Positions 1 to 6,396 of a stretch of 24,002 nucleotides of DNA are shown here, one piece after another. Source of the stretch: a virus. Lineage: Duplodnaviria; Caudoviricetes. The stretch covers positions 1 to 24,002 of IMG/VR virus record IMGVR_UViG_3300025648_000085. The stretch is one strand, 5' to 3'. The position numbers and the translations under genes are program-made. A model generated the notes under the pieces. It saw nothing but the letters and a program-made list of their open reading frames with translations, made no database searches and was not told the origin of the DNA. The first letter of the stretch is position 1; each line of letters opens with the position of its first letter.

Positions 1-10
1 TTCTCCTCTC

Positions 11-322
11 CTATTGTAGGGTGCGTGGGCTTGTAGGTGTAGATGGACTAGCTGGTGTTGTGTATTGCGGTGTACCTACTACGCCAGTTGTATAACCACT
101 TGGGCTTGTAAATACAATCTGATTAGGGTAAATAGTAGCAGTCTGAGTGGTGTAACCCATAGGGTTTACAAATTGGGCTGTGTTTCCTTGAATCTGTACT
201 GTACCTTGACTGTAACCTTGTGGGTTTGTCATCTGATAAGTTTGTGCTTTAGCTGGTATTCCGTATGCAAACATACCACCTAATATTGCACCTAATAAAC
301 AAGCGCCTAATAAGTCTTTCAT
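11..322 (-). CDS. Hypothetical exported protein (signal peptide plus three 20-aa repeats)
   Basis: Hydrophobic N-terminus ending AKA|Q; (N/S)PxGY(S/T) recurs at exactly 20-aa spacing (Y37, Y57, Y77); Pro/Ser/Thr tail; AAAGGGG RBS upstream. Confidence 0.7.
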   Translation of the reverse strand: MKDLLGACLLGAILGGMFAYGIPAKAQTYQMTNPQGYSQGTVQIQGNTAQFVNPMGYTTQTATIYPNQIVFTSPSGYTTGVVGTPQYTTPASPSTPTSPRTLQ

Positions 323-336
323 TTTTAAACCCCTTT

Positions 337-357
337 AAAAATTGCCCCTGTAGGGGC
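337..357 (-). terminator. Probable intrinsic terminator/attenuator
   Basis: Minus strand GCCCC-TACA-GGGGC hairpin followed by AATTTTT, just after the stop of 364..561. Confidence 0.5.
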
Positions 358-363
358 TGTTAA

Positions 364-561
364 TTAATTTGTGTAACCTTGTGCTTTACGAATTGTTTTT
401 TCGGTTGGAGCTTTTAAAACTGTTGCTTTAAATTCTTCACCATTAGCGTAAGGAAGTGCATTAGCAATTATGTCAGTAGCACGGTCTTGGTCAATATTAA
501 AACCATCCTCTACCCATGTTTCAGCAATTTCAAATTCTACAGTCCACTTATATGTTTTCAT
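364..561 (-). CDS. Hypothetical phage protein
   Basis: 65-aa ORF with strong AAAGGGGAA RBS and an upstream promoter-like region. Confidence 0.75.
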   Translation of the reverse strand: MKTYKWTVEFEIAETWVEDGFNIDQDRATDIIANALPYANGEEFKATVLKAPTEKTIRKAQGYTN

Positions 562-572
562 TTAATTCCCCT

Positions 573-652
573 TTGTTACTCGTTATTGAGTAATAACAGT
601 TTCGTACTGTTTTTTGGTATTGTCACTAAGTATTTTCCCTAATGTTGTATTT
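573..652 (-). promoter_or_regulatory. Putative promoter region with TACAACA and TAGGGAAAATACTTA motifs and a leader hairpin
   Basis: Motif pair also seen at 3314-3339; GTGACA -35-like hexamer follows it; hairpin TTGTTACTC/GAGTAATAA at 573-596 just before the RBS. Confidence 0.45.
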
Positions 653-737
653 ATGGTACTTATAGGTATTAGTTAGGTTATGTTATTAGTACCTATAGGT
701 GTTAGTAAGGTCTTTAATAGTAATTCCAAGAGGTTTA

Positions 738-917
738 AGCACACCTAGCCTACCTAGGTTTGCCTTCAAATGCTTCCATTGAGGAATCGCATCACCCGAC
801 AGTCTTGCATGGTATAGGCACTATCTTCGCCACCTATATTGCGCTGTTTCAACCATTACCCCCAGTAGCGCTGTGATTCCTTTCCCCTGGTATGTCGTTA
901 GAGCCTCAAGAAAGGAA
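738..917 (-). ncRNA. Candidate structured non-coding RNA (five hairpins, possible pseudoknot), family not recognised
   Basis: Stems 917-910/884-877, 871-867/845-841, 838-833/818-813, 793-783/777-769, 764-754/748-738; about 48% GC against about 29% in 561-730; TAGAAT -10 at 927-922; no convincing ORF. Confidence 0.6.
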
Positions 918-929
918 AGTAATTCTACA

Positions 930-1196
930 TTATTCTCTTTCAATAAAACTGTTGTTTTTTGGCACAATTTCAGGCCAGACCCATAACCATGATTTAGGAA
1001 ACATATCTTGGCGAGTTACTAAGCCATGCGATTCTTTTTCGATAAGGGCTGCAAGCATCATTAGCTTATCAACTGGAATAGCGTTTTGTAGCTTCCATTT
1101 ATTAACTGCTTGAACTGACACGCCTGTTCTTTTGCTAACGGCTTTAACACCGCCCAAAAGACTTATCATTTGCTGGTGAGTAAGATTAAGGTTCAT
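930..1196 (-). CDS. Cro/YdaS-like helix-turn-helix transcriptional regulator
   Basis: LGGVKAVSKRTGVSVQAVNKWK HTH followed by IP...LIEKESHGLVTRQDMFP, typical of the Cro/YdaS family. Confidence 0.8.
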   Translation of the reverse strand: MNLNLTHQQMISLLGGVKAVSKRTGVSVQAVNKWKLQNAIPVDKLMMLAALIEKESHGLVTRQDMFPKSWLWVWPEIVPKNNSFIERE

Positions 1197-1202
1197 TACG
1201 CA

Positions 1203-1231
1203 AGTTTAACCCCAAAGTATTATTTTTACAA
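1203..1231 (-). promoter_or_regulatory. Sigma70-type promoter for the cro-like gene (leaderless transcript predicted)
   Basis: TTGTAA (1231-1226)-17 nt-TAAACT (1208-1203); the ATG at 1196 lies 7 nt downstream of the -10; no SD. Confidence 0.6.
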
Positions 1232-1237
1232 CACTTG

Positions 1238-1266
1238 TTGCAATTCTTTAAATTATGGTTTAAAGT
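1238..1266 (+). promoter_or_regulatory. Sigma70-type promoter for the recombination operon with overlapping operator-like palindrome
   Basis: TTGCAA (1238-1243)-17 nt-TAAAGT (1261-1266); CTTTAAA-N6-TTTAAAG at 1246-1265. Confidence 0.6.
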
Positions 1267-1308
1267 ATTACTTATAGCAATTTCGCTATGTATTTAAGGG
1301 GAACTTAA

Positions 1309-1539
1309 ATGTCTGAATTAAACCAAGTAATGCTAGAAATGGAAGAACGCTTAGAAATAGCGCTTCAAAACATGGAATTTGGCACAGAGTTAGCACAAGA
1401 CGATATTGATGTCATTCGTGCAGCTTGTGGCAAACCTAACAACAAACGCAATGTATTGCTTCAGTCTGTATTTGAAGATTTTGGTGGTATTTTTGGAAAT
1501 CCTCTTGAGTCTTTTCCAACAATTAGAGGTGCAAAATGA
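1309..1539 (+). CDS. Hypothetical protein
   Basis: 76-aa ORF, AAGGGGAA RBS, ATGA overlap with the next gene. Confidence 0.75.
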   Translation: MSELNQVMLEMEERLEIALQNMEFGTELAQDDIDVIRAACGKPNNKRNVLLQSVFEDFGGIFGNPLESFPTIRGAK

Positions 1540-1970
1540 GTCAATCTGAAAGCATTGCTAACTTAGCAAAAGCACTATCCATTGTTCAAGGACAACTTAC
1601 TTATGCGACCAAAGATTCTGCAAATCCGTTCTTCAAGTCTAAATACGCTGATTTGGAGAGTGTTTGGGATTCTTGCCGTTCTCTTTTATCTGCCAATGGG
1701 CTATCTGTTATACAAATGCCTGGAAACTATTTCGAGGGCCGTATGTGGCTAGTAACACGCCTTTGCCATGCGTCTGGAGAATGGATTGAGCAAGAAATGT
1801 CTATACCAGTTGCAAAACAAGATGCTCACGGCTGTTTAGCAGCTATTACCTATATGCGTAGAGGCGCTTTGACGGCTTTCTTAGGAATTGTCCAAGCTGA
1901 CGATGACGGCAATACAGCATCAAACAAAACAGAATTTAAACCAGCAGTAGTTAAAGCAAAGGAAATCTAA
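1536..1970 (+). CDS. erf: ERF-family single-strand annealing protein
   Basis: KDSANPFFKSKYADL, HASGEWI and AITYMRR...GIVQADDDGN motifs of the ERF superfamily. Confidence 0.9.
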   Translation: MSQSESIANLAKALSIVQGQLTYATKDSANPFFKSKYADLESVWDSCRSLLSANGLSVIQMPGNYFEGRMWLVTRLCHASGEWIEQEMSIPVAKQDAHGCLAAITYMRRGALTAFLGIVQADDDGNTASNKTEFKPAVVKAKEI

Positions 1971-2224
1971 TGTCTTATATTCCAAAAGAAGGCTCGGGGA
2001 GTTTATTCAAAAATGACCGCAAAACAACGGAAAATCACCCTGATTACACGGGTTCGATTATGGTTAATGGTAAAGAACATTACCTTTCGAGTTGGATTAA
2101 AGAAGGTAAAAAAGGCAAGTTTTTTAGCATTGCGATTGGCAAAGAAAAAGCACCAGTAGGATTTAAGTCTGCTGGTAGCGATGAAATTCAGCGCCATACC
2201 ATTGAAGATGATGTTCCTTTCTAG
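1970..2224 (+). CDS. Putative small ssDNA-binding protein
   Basis: GSLFKNDRK...HPDYTG...W core, acidic C-terminal DDVPF tail like SSB, adjacent to erf. Confidence 0.6.
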   Translation: MSYIPKEGSGSLFKNDRKTTENHPDYTGSIMVNGKEHYLSSWIKEGKKGKFFSIAIGKEKAPVGFKSAGSDEIQRHTIEDDVPF

Positions 2225-2233
2225 GAGATAGCC

Positions 2234-2431
2234 ATGCTGAGTCACATCAAAGATGTTATTGGCGAAAAGGCCATTATTACAATGGAAGCCTATGGGGTAG
2301 ATGAAGAAAGAAGGTTAATTTCTTTTGAACCCATAGATTTAGAGTTAATACTCAAAGATGTGATTCAGGTATGCGCTGATATGTGCATTACTGAAATAGA
2401 TAGAGAAGCAATTTTAGAATTACTTAAATAA
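2234..2431 (+). CDS. Hypothetical protein
   Basis: 65-aa ORF with AGGAG RBS inside the operon. Confidence 0.7.
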   Translation: MLSHIKDVIGEKAIITMEAYGVDEERRLISFEPIDLELILKDVIQVCADMCITEIDREAILELLK

Positions 2432-2450
2432 GCATTTAAAGGGGAAATAA

Positions 2451-3200
2451 ATGTCAGAACATTGGTACTGTGCCGTTACAGGCTCACCACGCTATACAAC
2501 TACAGGTAAAAATGGAAAAGAACGCAATACAACTTTGCGAGATGCAAAAGCAGCACCAGGCACTCTCGTACCTTCCGTTTCTACAATTAACAGCCAATTA
2601 TCTAAAGCTGGACTTGACACTTGGAAACAAACCCAAGTCTTGTATGCTGCTACAGAAAACCCACGATTAGATGGGGAAGATGAAAAATCTTGGATTTCTA
2701 GAATATTAGAGTTAGCCAAGCGCAAAAGTCGTGAAGCTGCTGATAGAGGCACAATTATCCACGATTGGATAGAAGCCCACTATTCGCAAGAATATGTGCC
2801 AGATATGCCAGCGTATGTCAAAACTGTAGATGAGGCTATAACGGCCCATTTTGGGGCGCAGTTATGGATTCCTGAACAGAGTTTAGTTAACGCAGCAGAA
2901 GGATATGGTGGTAAATGCGATTTGTATTGCAAGCCACACCATGACTTCTCTGGGGTCGTTATTGACTTCAAAACCACGGAGAAATTCCCTGGTGATTTAA
3001 CACCCTACCTAGAGCATACACTACAGCTTGCAGCGTATAGAGAGGTTTTAGCCCCATCTGCACGATGCGCTAATGTCTATATCAATGGTGAAACAAATGT
3101 AGTCGCTATTTATGAACATAGCGAGCAAGACCTTAGAGATGGCTACCAGATGTTTCTAAATTTGGTAAATATTTATAAATTGAAAAATAAGTTAAACTAA
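2451..3200 (+). CDS. PD-(D/E)XK exonuclease (RecB-like phage exonuclease)
   Basis: PSVSTI, RGTIIH, E..., GKCDL, IDFKT and QLAAY motifs; partner of ERF. Confidence 0.85.
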   Translation: MSEHWYCAVTGSPRYTTTGKNGKERNTTLRDAKAAPGTLVPSVSTINSQLSKAGLDTWKQTQVLYAATENPRLDGEDEKSWISRILELAKRKSREAADRGTIIHDWIEAHYSQEYVPDMPAYVKTVDEAITAHFGAQLWIPEQSLVNAAEGYGGKCDLYCKPHHDFSGVVIDFKTTEKFPGDLTPYLEHTLQLAAYREVLAPSARCANVYINGETNVVAIYEHSEQDLRDGYQMFLNLVNIYKLKNKLN

Positions 3201-3204
3201 TTAC

Positions 3205-3314
3205 GAGGCTGGCTTGGTTTCCCCTTCCATTACTCCTTCACACGAGAGTCAGCCTCACCTTCCAATGACCGAAAGCGTAAAGAAGCAAGTAGGTCGCCTT
3301 TTTGTCTCTTTTTT
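3205..3314 (+). ncRNA. Candidate small RNA / structured 3' element with pyrimidine-rich loop and loop-E motif
   Basis: 11-bp stem 3205-3215/3246-3256 with a CU-rich loop; second hairpin 3266-3296 with GAA/AGUA internal loop; T-rich tail; G-U pairs favour the + strand. Confidence 0.55.
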
Positions 3315-3368
3315 ACAACAAACATAGGGTATATCCTTATGTCAAAGTGCATGAAACTTTAATAAATT
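3314..3368 (+). promoter_or_regulatory. Putative promoter region with TACAACA and TAGGGTATATCCTTA motifs
   Basis: Same motif arrangement as 627-649 on the minus strand; ATGTCA-18 nt-TAAATT follows. Confidence 0.45.
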
Positions 3369-3461
3369 ACTTACATAGCAGGTCTTGACACTATTCAGCT
3401 TTATGGCCCTTTGGGATTTCAAACTAAAAAGACATGACCTGCTACTTTTAATTGGGGATTT

Positions 3462-3695
3462 ATGCAAACATATATTAGTAGTGTATTTGAGGGTGAAGCC
3501 CCTTGTGACCATTGCAGTCAAAAAACAGACTGTCAAGAGTATGAATTAGCTTGTAGGGCATTTTCTTATTATGTTTTGCATGGCAGATTTCACGACCATA
3601 CAGTCAGGATGCCAACCCATAACTTATTTAACAAAATCTTTAAAGAAGATGATAAAGCGTTAAAAAATTATCTTAAATCTAAGGAAGCAGAATGA
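3462..3695 (+). CDS. Small cysteine-cluster protein (metal or Fe-S binding)
   Basis: C-x2-C-x5-C-x6-C (PCDHCSQKTDCQEYELAC); GGGGA RBS; ATGA overlap with the next gene. Confidence 0.7.
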   Translation: MQTYISSVFEGEAPCDHCSQKTDCQEYELACRAFSYYVLHGRFHDHTVRMPTHNLFNKIFKEDDKALKNYLKSKEAE

Positions 3696-4471
3696 ACCCT
3701 ATTGCATTTGTAGTTACATCAACTAACCAAGGTACTCTTATTCTTAATAAAAACGACTATAAGATGGTAGAAGATGGTAAAGGCTTTGGAGTAGGATTTT
3801 CTTTATTAAATACAGGTAGTTACGATGCAAATGAAGTAGATTTTTTAAAGATTATTTTGCAAAAAAGGCGTGAAAACTTTGGTGATGGCGTAATAGCAAT
3901 AGATTGCGGTGCAAATATTGGTGTACATACAGTATCTTGGGGTAGATTAATGACAACTTGGGGTCATATTATTAGCCTAGAAGCCCAAGAAAAGATTTAC
4001 TATGCTTTGTGCGGAAATATCGCTATAAACAACTGTTTTAATGTCACGGCTAAAAATTTAGCAGTTGGCGCAGAAAATGGCAGCTTAACGATTCCAGAAC
4101 CCAATTATTTTAAGCCTTCTTCTTATGGTTCTTTAGAGTTAAAAGACCATCCAGAAAAAGAAGATATTGGTCAAGAAGTTACTAGCAAAAAACAAATTGG
4201 TCTAGTAACAATAGACTCTATAGGCTTGCAAAGATGCGACTTGATTAAGATTGATGTAGAACGCATGGAAGAAGAAGTATTAGCTGGCGCATGGAAAGTC
4301 ATAGATGAGTGCCATCCTGTGCTGTTTATTGAAGTAGCAAAGTGTACAAGTTTAGATGCAGCCTTAACAGAACATGGTTACAAACTATACCCATTAGGCG
4401 CTAATCTGTTAGCTGTGCATGAATCTGACCCTATGCAAGTTACTGTTAATGAAAATGGGCTAACAATATGA
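3692..4471 (+). CDS. FkbM-family SAM-dependent methyltransferase
   Basis: IDCGANIGVHT motif I, LEAQ, LIKIDVERMEEEVLAGA and PVLFIE motifs. Confidence 0.9.
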   Translation: MNPIAFVVTSTNQGTLILNKNDYKMVEDGKGFGVGFSLLNTGSYDANEVDFLKIILQKRRENFGDGVIAIDCGANIGVHTVSWGRLMTTWGHIISLEAQEKIYYALCGNIAINNCFNVTAKNLAVGAENGSLTIPEPNYFKPSSYGSLELKDHPEKEDIGQEVTSKKQIGLVTIDSIGLQRCDLIKIDVERMEEEVLAGAWKVIDECHPVLFIEVAKCTSLDAALTEHGYKLYPLGANLLAVHESDPMQVTVNENGLTI

Positions 4472-4668
4472 GATATAGACCTAAATCTGCTTTTAAAGAA
4501 ATGTTTAAGTATAAAAATCACATTACGCACACTCTTGAAAAGCTAGTCGCCATTGAAAGCAAAAGACGCATTGTAGAAGTGTCTAGTGGGCCATTATGGT
4601 ATATCTTTGGCTACAAATTAGTGTCTAAACCTTGGTTAACTTACGAGGAAATGTATGACTGCAAATGA
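4468..4668 (+). CDS. Hypothetical protein
   Basis: 66-aa ORF coupled by an ATGA overlap. Confidence 0.6.
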   Translation: MRYRPKSAFKEMFKYKNHITHTLEKLVAIESKRRIVEVSSGPLWYIFGYKLVSKPWLTYEEMYDCK

Positions 4669-4894
4669 ACTAGCTGATGAATTAGATAAGTCTAGACAAA
4701 AACCCTATACATCTGAGCATTTAGTTGGTAAAGCCGCCAATATGTTGCGCCAATTTGGGCTTGCAGAAAGCATTGTTAAACAGCAAGCACTTGAAATAGA
4801 AGAATGGAAACGCAAGTACAAAGATATGCACAACTTGGCAACACAGGCAATGAGCAAAGTACATCAATTAGAAAAAAAGGCACAAGAGAAATGA
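4655..4894 (+). CDS. Hypothetical coiled-coil accessory protein
   Basis: 79 aa, GAGGA RBS, ends KKAQEK. Confidence 0.7.
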   Translation: MTANELADELDKSRQKPYTSEHLVGKAANMLRQFGLAESIVKQQALEIEEWKRKYKDMHNLATQAMSKVHQLEKKAQEK

Positions 4895-5130
4895 TTAAAA
4901 ATAACCATGACGGCACAATTACTTTAATTGATGTATGGACTGCTTGTTCTGCTTGCGGTCAAAAAGTTACTGGTGATTCTATTCATACTTGCTCGCCACA
5001 GCTAAAGACACTAACAGATGAGGAAATAATTGATATAGCTAAAGAACATATACATCAAAGACTCGAAGGAGAAAGATTTGGTTATGTTGAATTTGCTAGA
5101 GCAATACTAAAAAAGGCACAAGAGAAATGA
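4873..5130 (+). repeat. 22-nt exact direct repeat AAAAAAGGCACAAGAGAAATGA (4873-4894 and 5109-5130)
   Basis: Seen directly; each copy encodes KKAQEK* and the next start codon. Confidence 0.95.
4891..5130 (+). CDS. Hypothetical accessory protein with CxxC...HxC zinc-binding motif (start revised to 4891)
   Basis: ATGA overlap at 4891; CSACG...HTC; LTDEEI...FARAILKKAQEK. Confidence 0.7.
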   Translation: MIKNNHDGTITLIDVWTACSACGQKVTGDSIHTCSPQLKTLTDEEIIDIAKEHIHQRLEGERFGYVEFARAILKKAQEK

Positions 5131-5318
5131 ACTATTCAGACTTTGTAATTCGCAGTTGTCGTAAAACCCCTAATTCAATGGCAGAAGCGTTTAAAACAGA
5201 TGATTGGTGTGTAGCTATTACTAAGCCAAAAGAAAGCGAATACAGCGTGTTTTGGAGTGTTTTAGGGGTATTAACAACACTAGCTTTAGTGGCTTATTTA
5301 ATAATTACCCGTTTTTGA
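5127..5318 (+). CDS. Small membrane-anchored protein
   Basis: C-terminal hydrophobic helix VFWSVLGVLTTLALVAYLII; ATGA overlap. Confidence 0.7.
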   Translation: MNYSDFVIRSCRKTPNSMAEAFKTDDWCVAITKPKESEYSVFWSVLGVLTTLALVAYLIITRF

Positions 5319-5362
5319 TATAATAACGAAAACCCCTAGTAGTTTTCGCTACATAGGGGTTT
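5316..5362 (+). promoter_or_regulatory. Extended -10 promoter and leader hairpin of the HNH gene
   Basis: TG-A-TATAAT at 5316-5324; hairpin AAACCCCTA...TAGGGGTTT at 5330-5362. Confidence 0.55.
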
Positions 5363-5389
5363 CTGACCACCACAATATAGAGGTATTGC

Positions 5390-5881
5390 ATGGCTGACCA
5401 AATTATATCCCAACAAAAATTAAAAGAAACTTTTGATTACGAAAATGGAAATTTATACTGGAAAAATGCAAGACAAAGCATAAAAGCTGGTACTAAAGCT
5501 GGAACATTAAACCAAGATGGTTATGTTCATATTAAAGTTGATAAAAAAAGATACAGAGGTCATAGACTTATATTCTTCTATCATTATGGATATTTTCCTT
5601 TTGAGGTTGACCATATAAATGGAATAAGAAATGACAATAGAATTGAAAATTTAAGAGAAGCCACTAAAAGTCAAAACGCACATAATAAACAAAAACCAAT
5701 TAACAATAAATCAGGTGTTAAAGGTGTGCATTGGAGAAAAGACGCAAATAAATGGGCTGTTGAAATAGCATTAAATGGGAAAAAATACCATTTTGGTCAT
5801 TACACAGATTTTAAAGATGCTTGTTTTGTTGCTTTACAAAAGCGTTATGAATTACACAAGAATTACGCAAAAGCGCTTTAA
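5390..5881 (+). CDS. HNH homing endonuclease with C-terminal AP2-like DNA-binding domain
   Basis: HRLIF...VDHINGIRNDNRIENLREAT..QN; NKSGVKGVHW....KW.VEI...GK..HFG. Confidence 0.9.
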   Translation: MADQIISQQKLKETFDYENGNLYWKNARQSIKAGTKAGTLNQDGYVHIKVDKKRYRGHRLIFFYHYGYFPFEVDHINGIRNDNRIENLREATKSQNAHNKQKPINNKSGVKGVHWRKDANKWAVEIALNGKKYHFGHYTDFKDACFVALQKRYELHKNYAKAL

Positions 5882-6396
5882 CCGTTCTTGCACATATTTA
5901 ATGCTTCTTTTTCTTCATTATCGACACGCTTTAACCATCCTGCACCAAAGATAGGAAATGTCTTTAATGAACGGTAGTATTCCCGCCTAGTTTCTGAGAA
6001 TTTTGAGATAAGAGTTGCACTATTAGTTGCGAGAATAAGGCTTCTTGTTGCTGGGCCAATAACTCCGTCAGGTACACATCCAAGAGATTGTTGAAGCAAT
6101 TTAACGCTTCTGCCTGGGCCTGCGTTAACTGCCATTGAAAAACTAAGCAAGTCGAGTCCCCTAGGTAATACTTCTCCATAGCAAGGCCTCCAGTATCTTT
6201 GTTCATATAAAGGTGCTACAAGGTCAGGAGTAAGGTTTTTCATACTATTAACAGGATGACCTATCCATTCTTCCCAAACCGCTTTAGTAACGCCTAGATT
6301 CGTTTCTCCGCCTGGGTCACCTTTAAGGCCTTGTGCGCCAGTCCAACCACCTTCAGACTTTAAAACTAATGCTAAACACTCTTTAAAATTGTTCAT
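5878..6396 (-). CDS. Endolysin, glycosyl hydrolase family 108 with peptidoglycan-binding C-terminus
   Basis: EGG catalytic motif, DPGGETNLGVT, VNAG, LQQSLG..DGVIGPAT, FGAGWLKR. Confidence 0.92.
   Translation of the reverse strand: MNNFKECLALVLKSEGGWTGAQGLKGDPGGETNLGVTKAVWEEWIGHPVNSMKNLTPDLVAPLYEQRYWRPCYGEVLPRGLDLLSFSMAVNAGPGRSVKLLQQSLGCVPDGVIGPATRSLILATNSATLISKFSETRREYYRSLKTFPIFGAGWLKRVDNEEKEALNMCKNG

Noticed and set aside
65-2977. Shadow ORFs 65..283, 892..1113, 2003..2245, 2470..2670, 2492..2752, 2780..2977
   Set aside because: Antisense or out-of-frame to better-supported genes; no RBS or recognisable motifs
2451-3200. Possible Cas4 / CRISPR association of the nuclease
   Set aside because: Lacks the Cas4 C-terminal Cys cluster; no repeat-spacer array anywhere in the window; context is an ERF recombination operon
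3216-3265. CsrB/RsmZ-like GGA array on the minus strand
   Set aside because: GGA motifs exist, but the G-U pairs, loop-E motif and T tail all indicate the plus strand; only three sites, not each in its own hairpin loop
3376-3444. tRNA-like element
   Set aside because: Has a closing stem but no D arm, anticodon arm or GTTCRA T-loop in the proper geometry
3342-3536. Minus-strand 64-aa ORF
   Set aside because: Overlaps the promoter, leader and a coupled plus-strand gene; no supporting features
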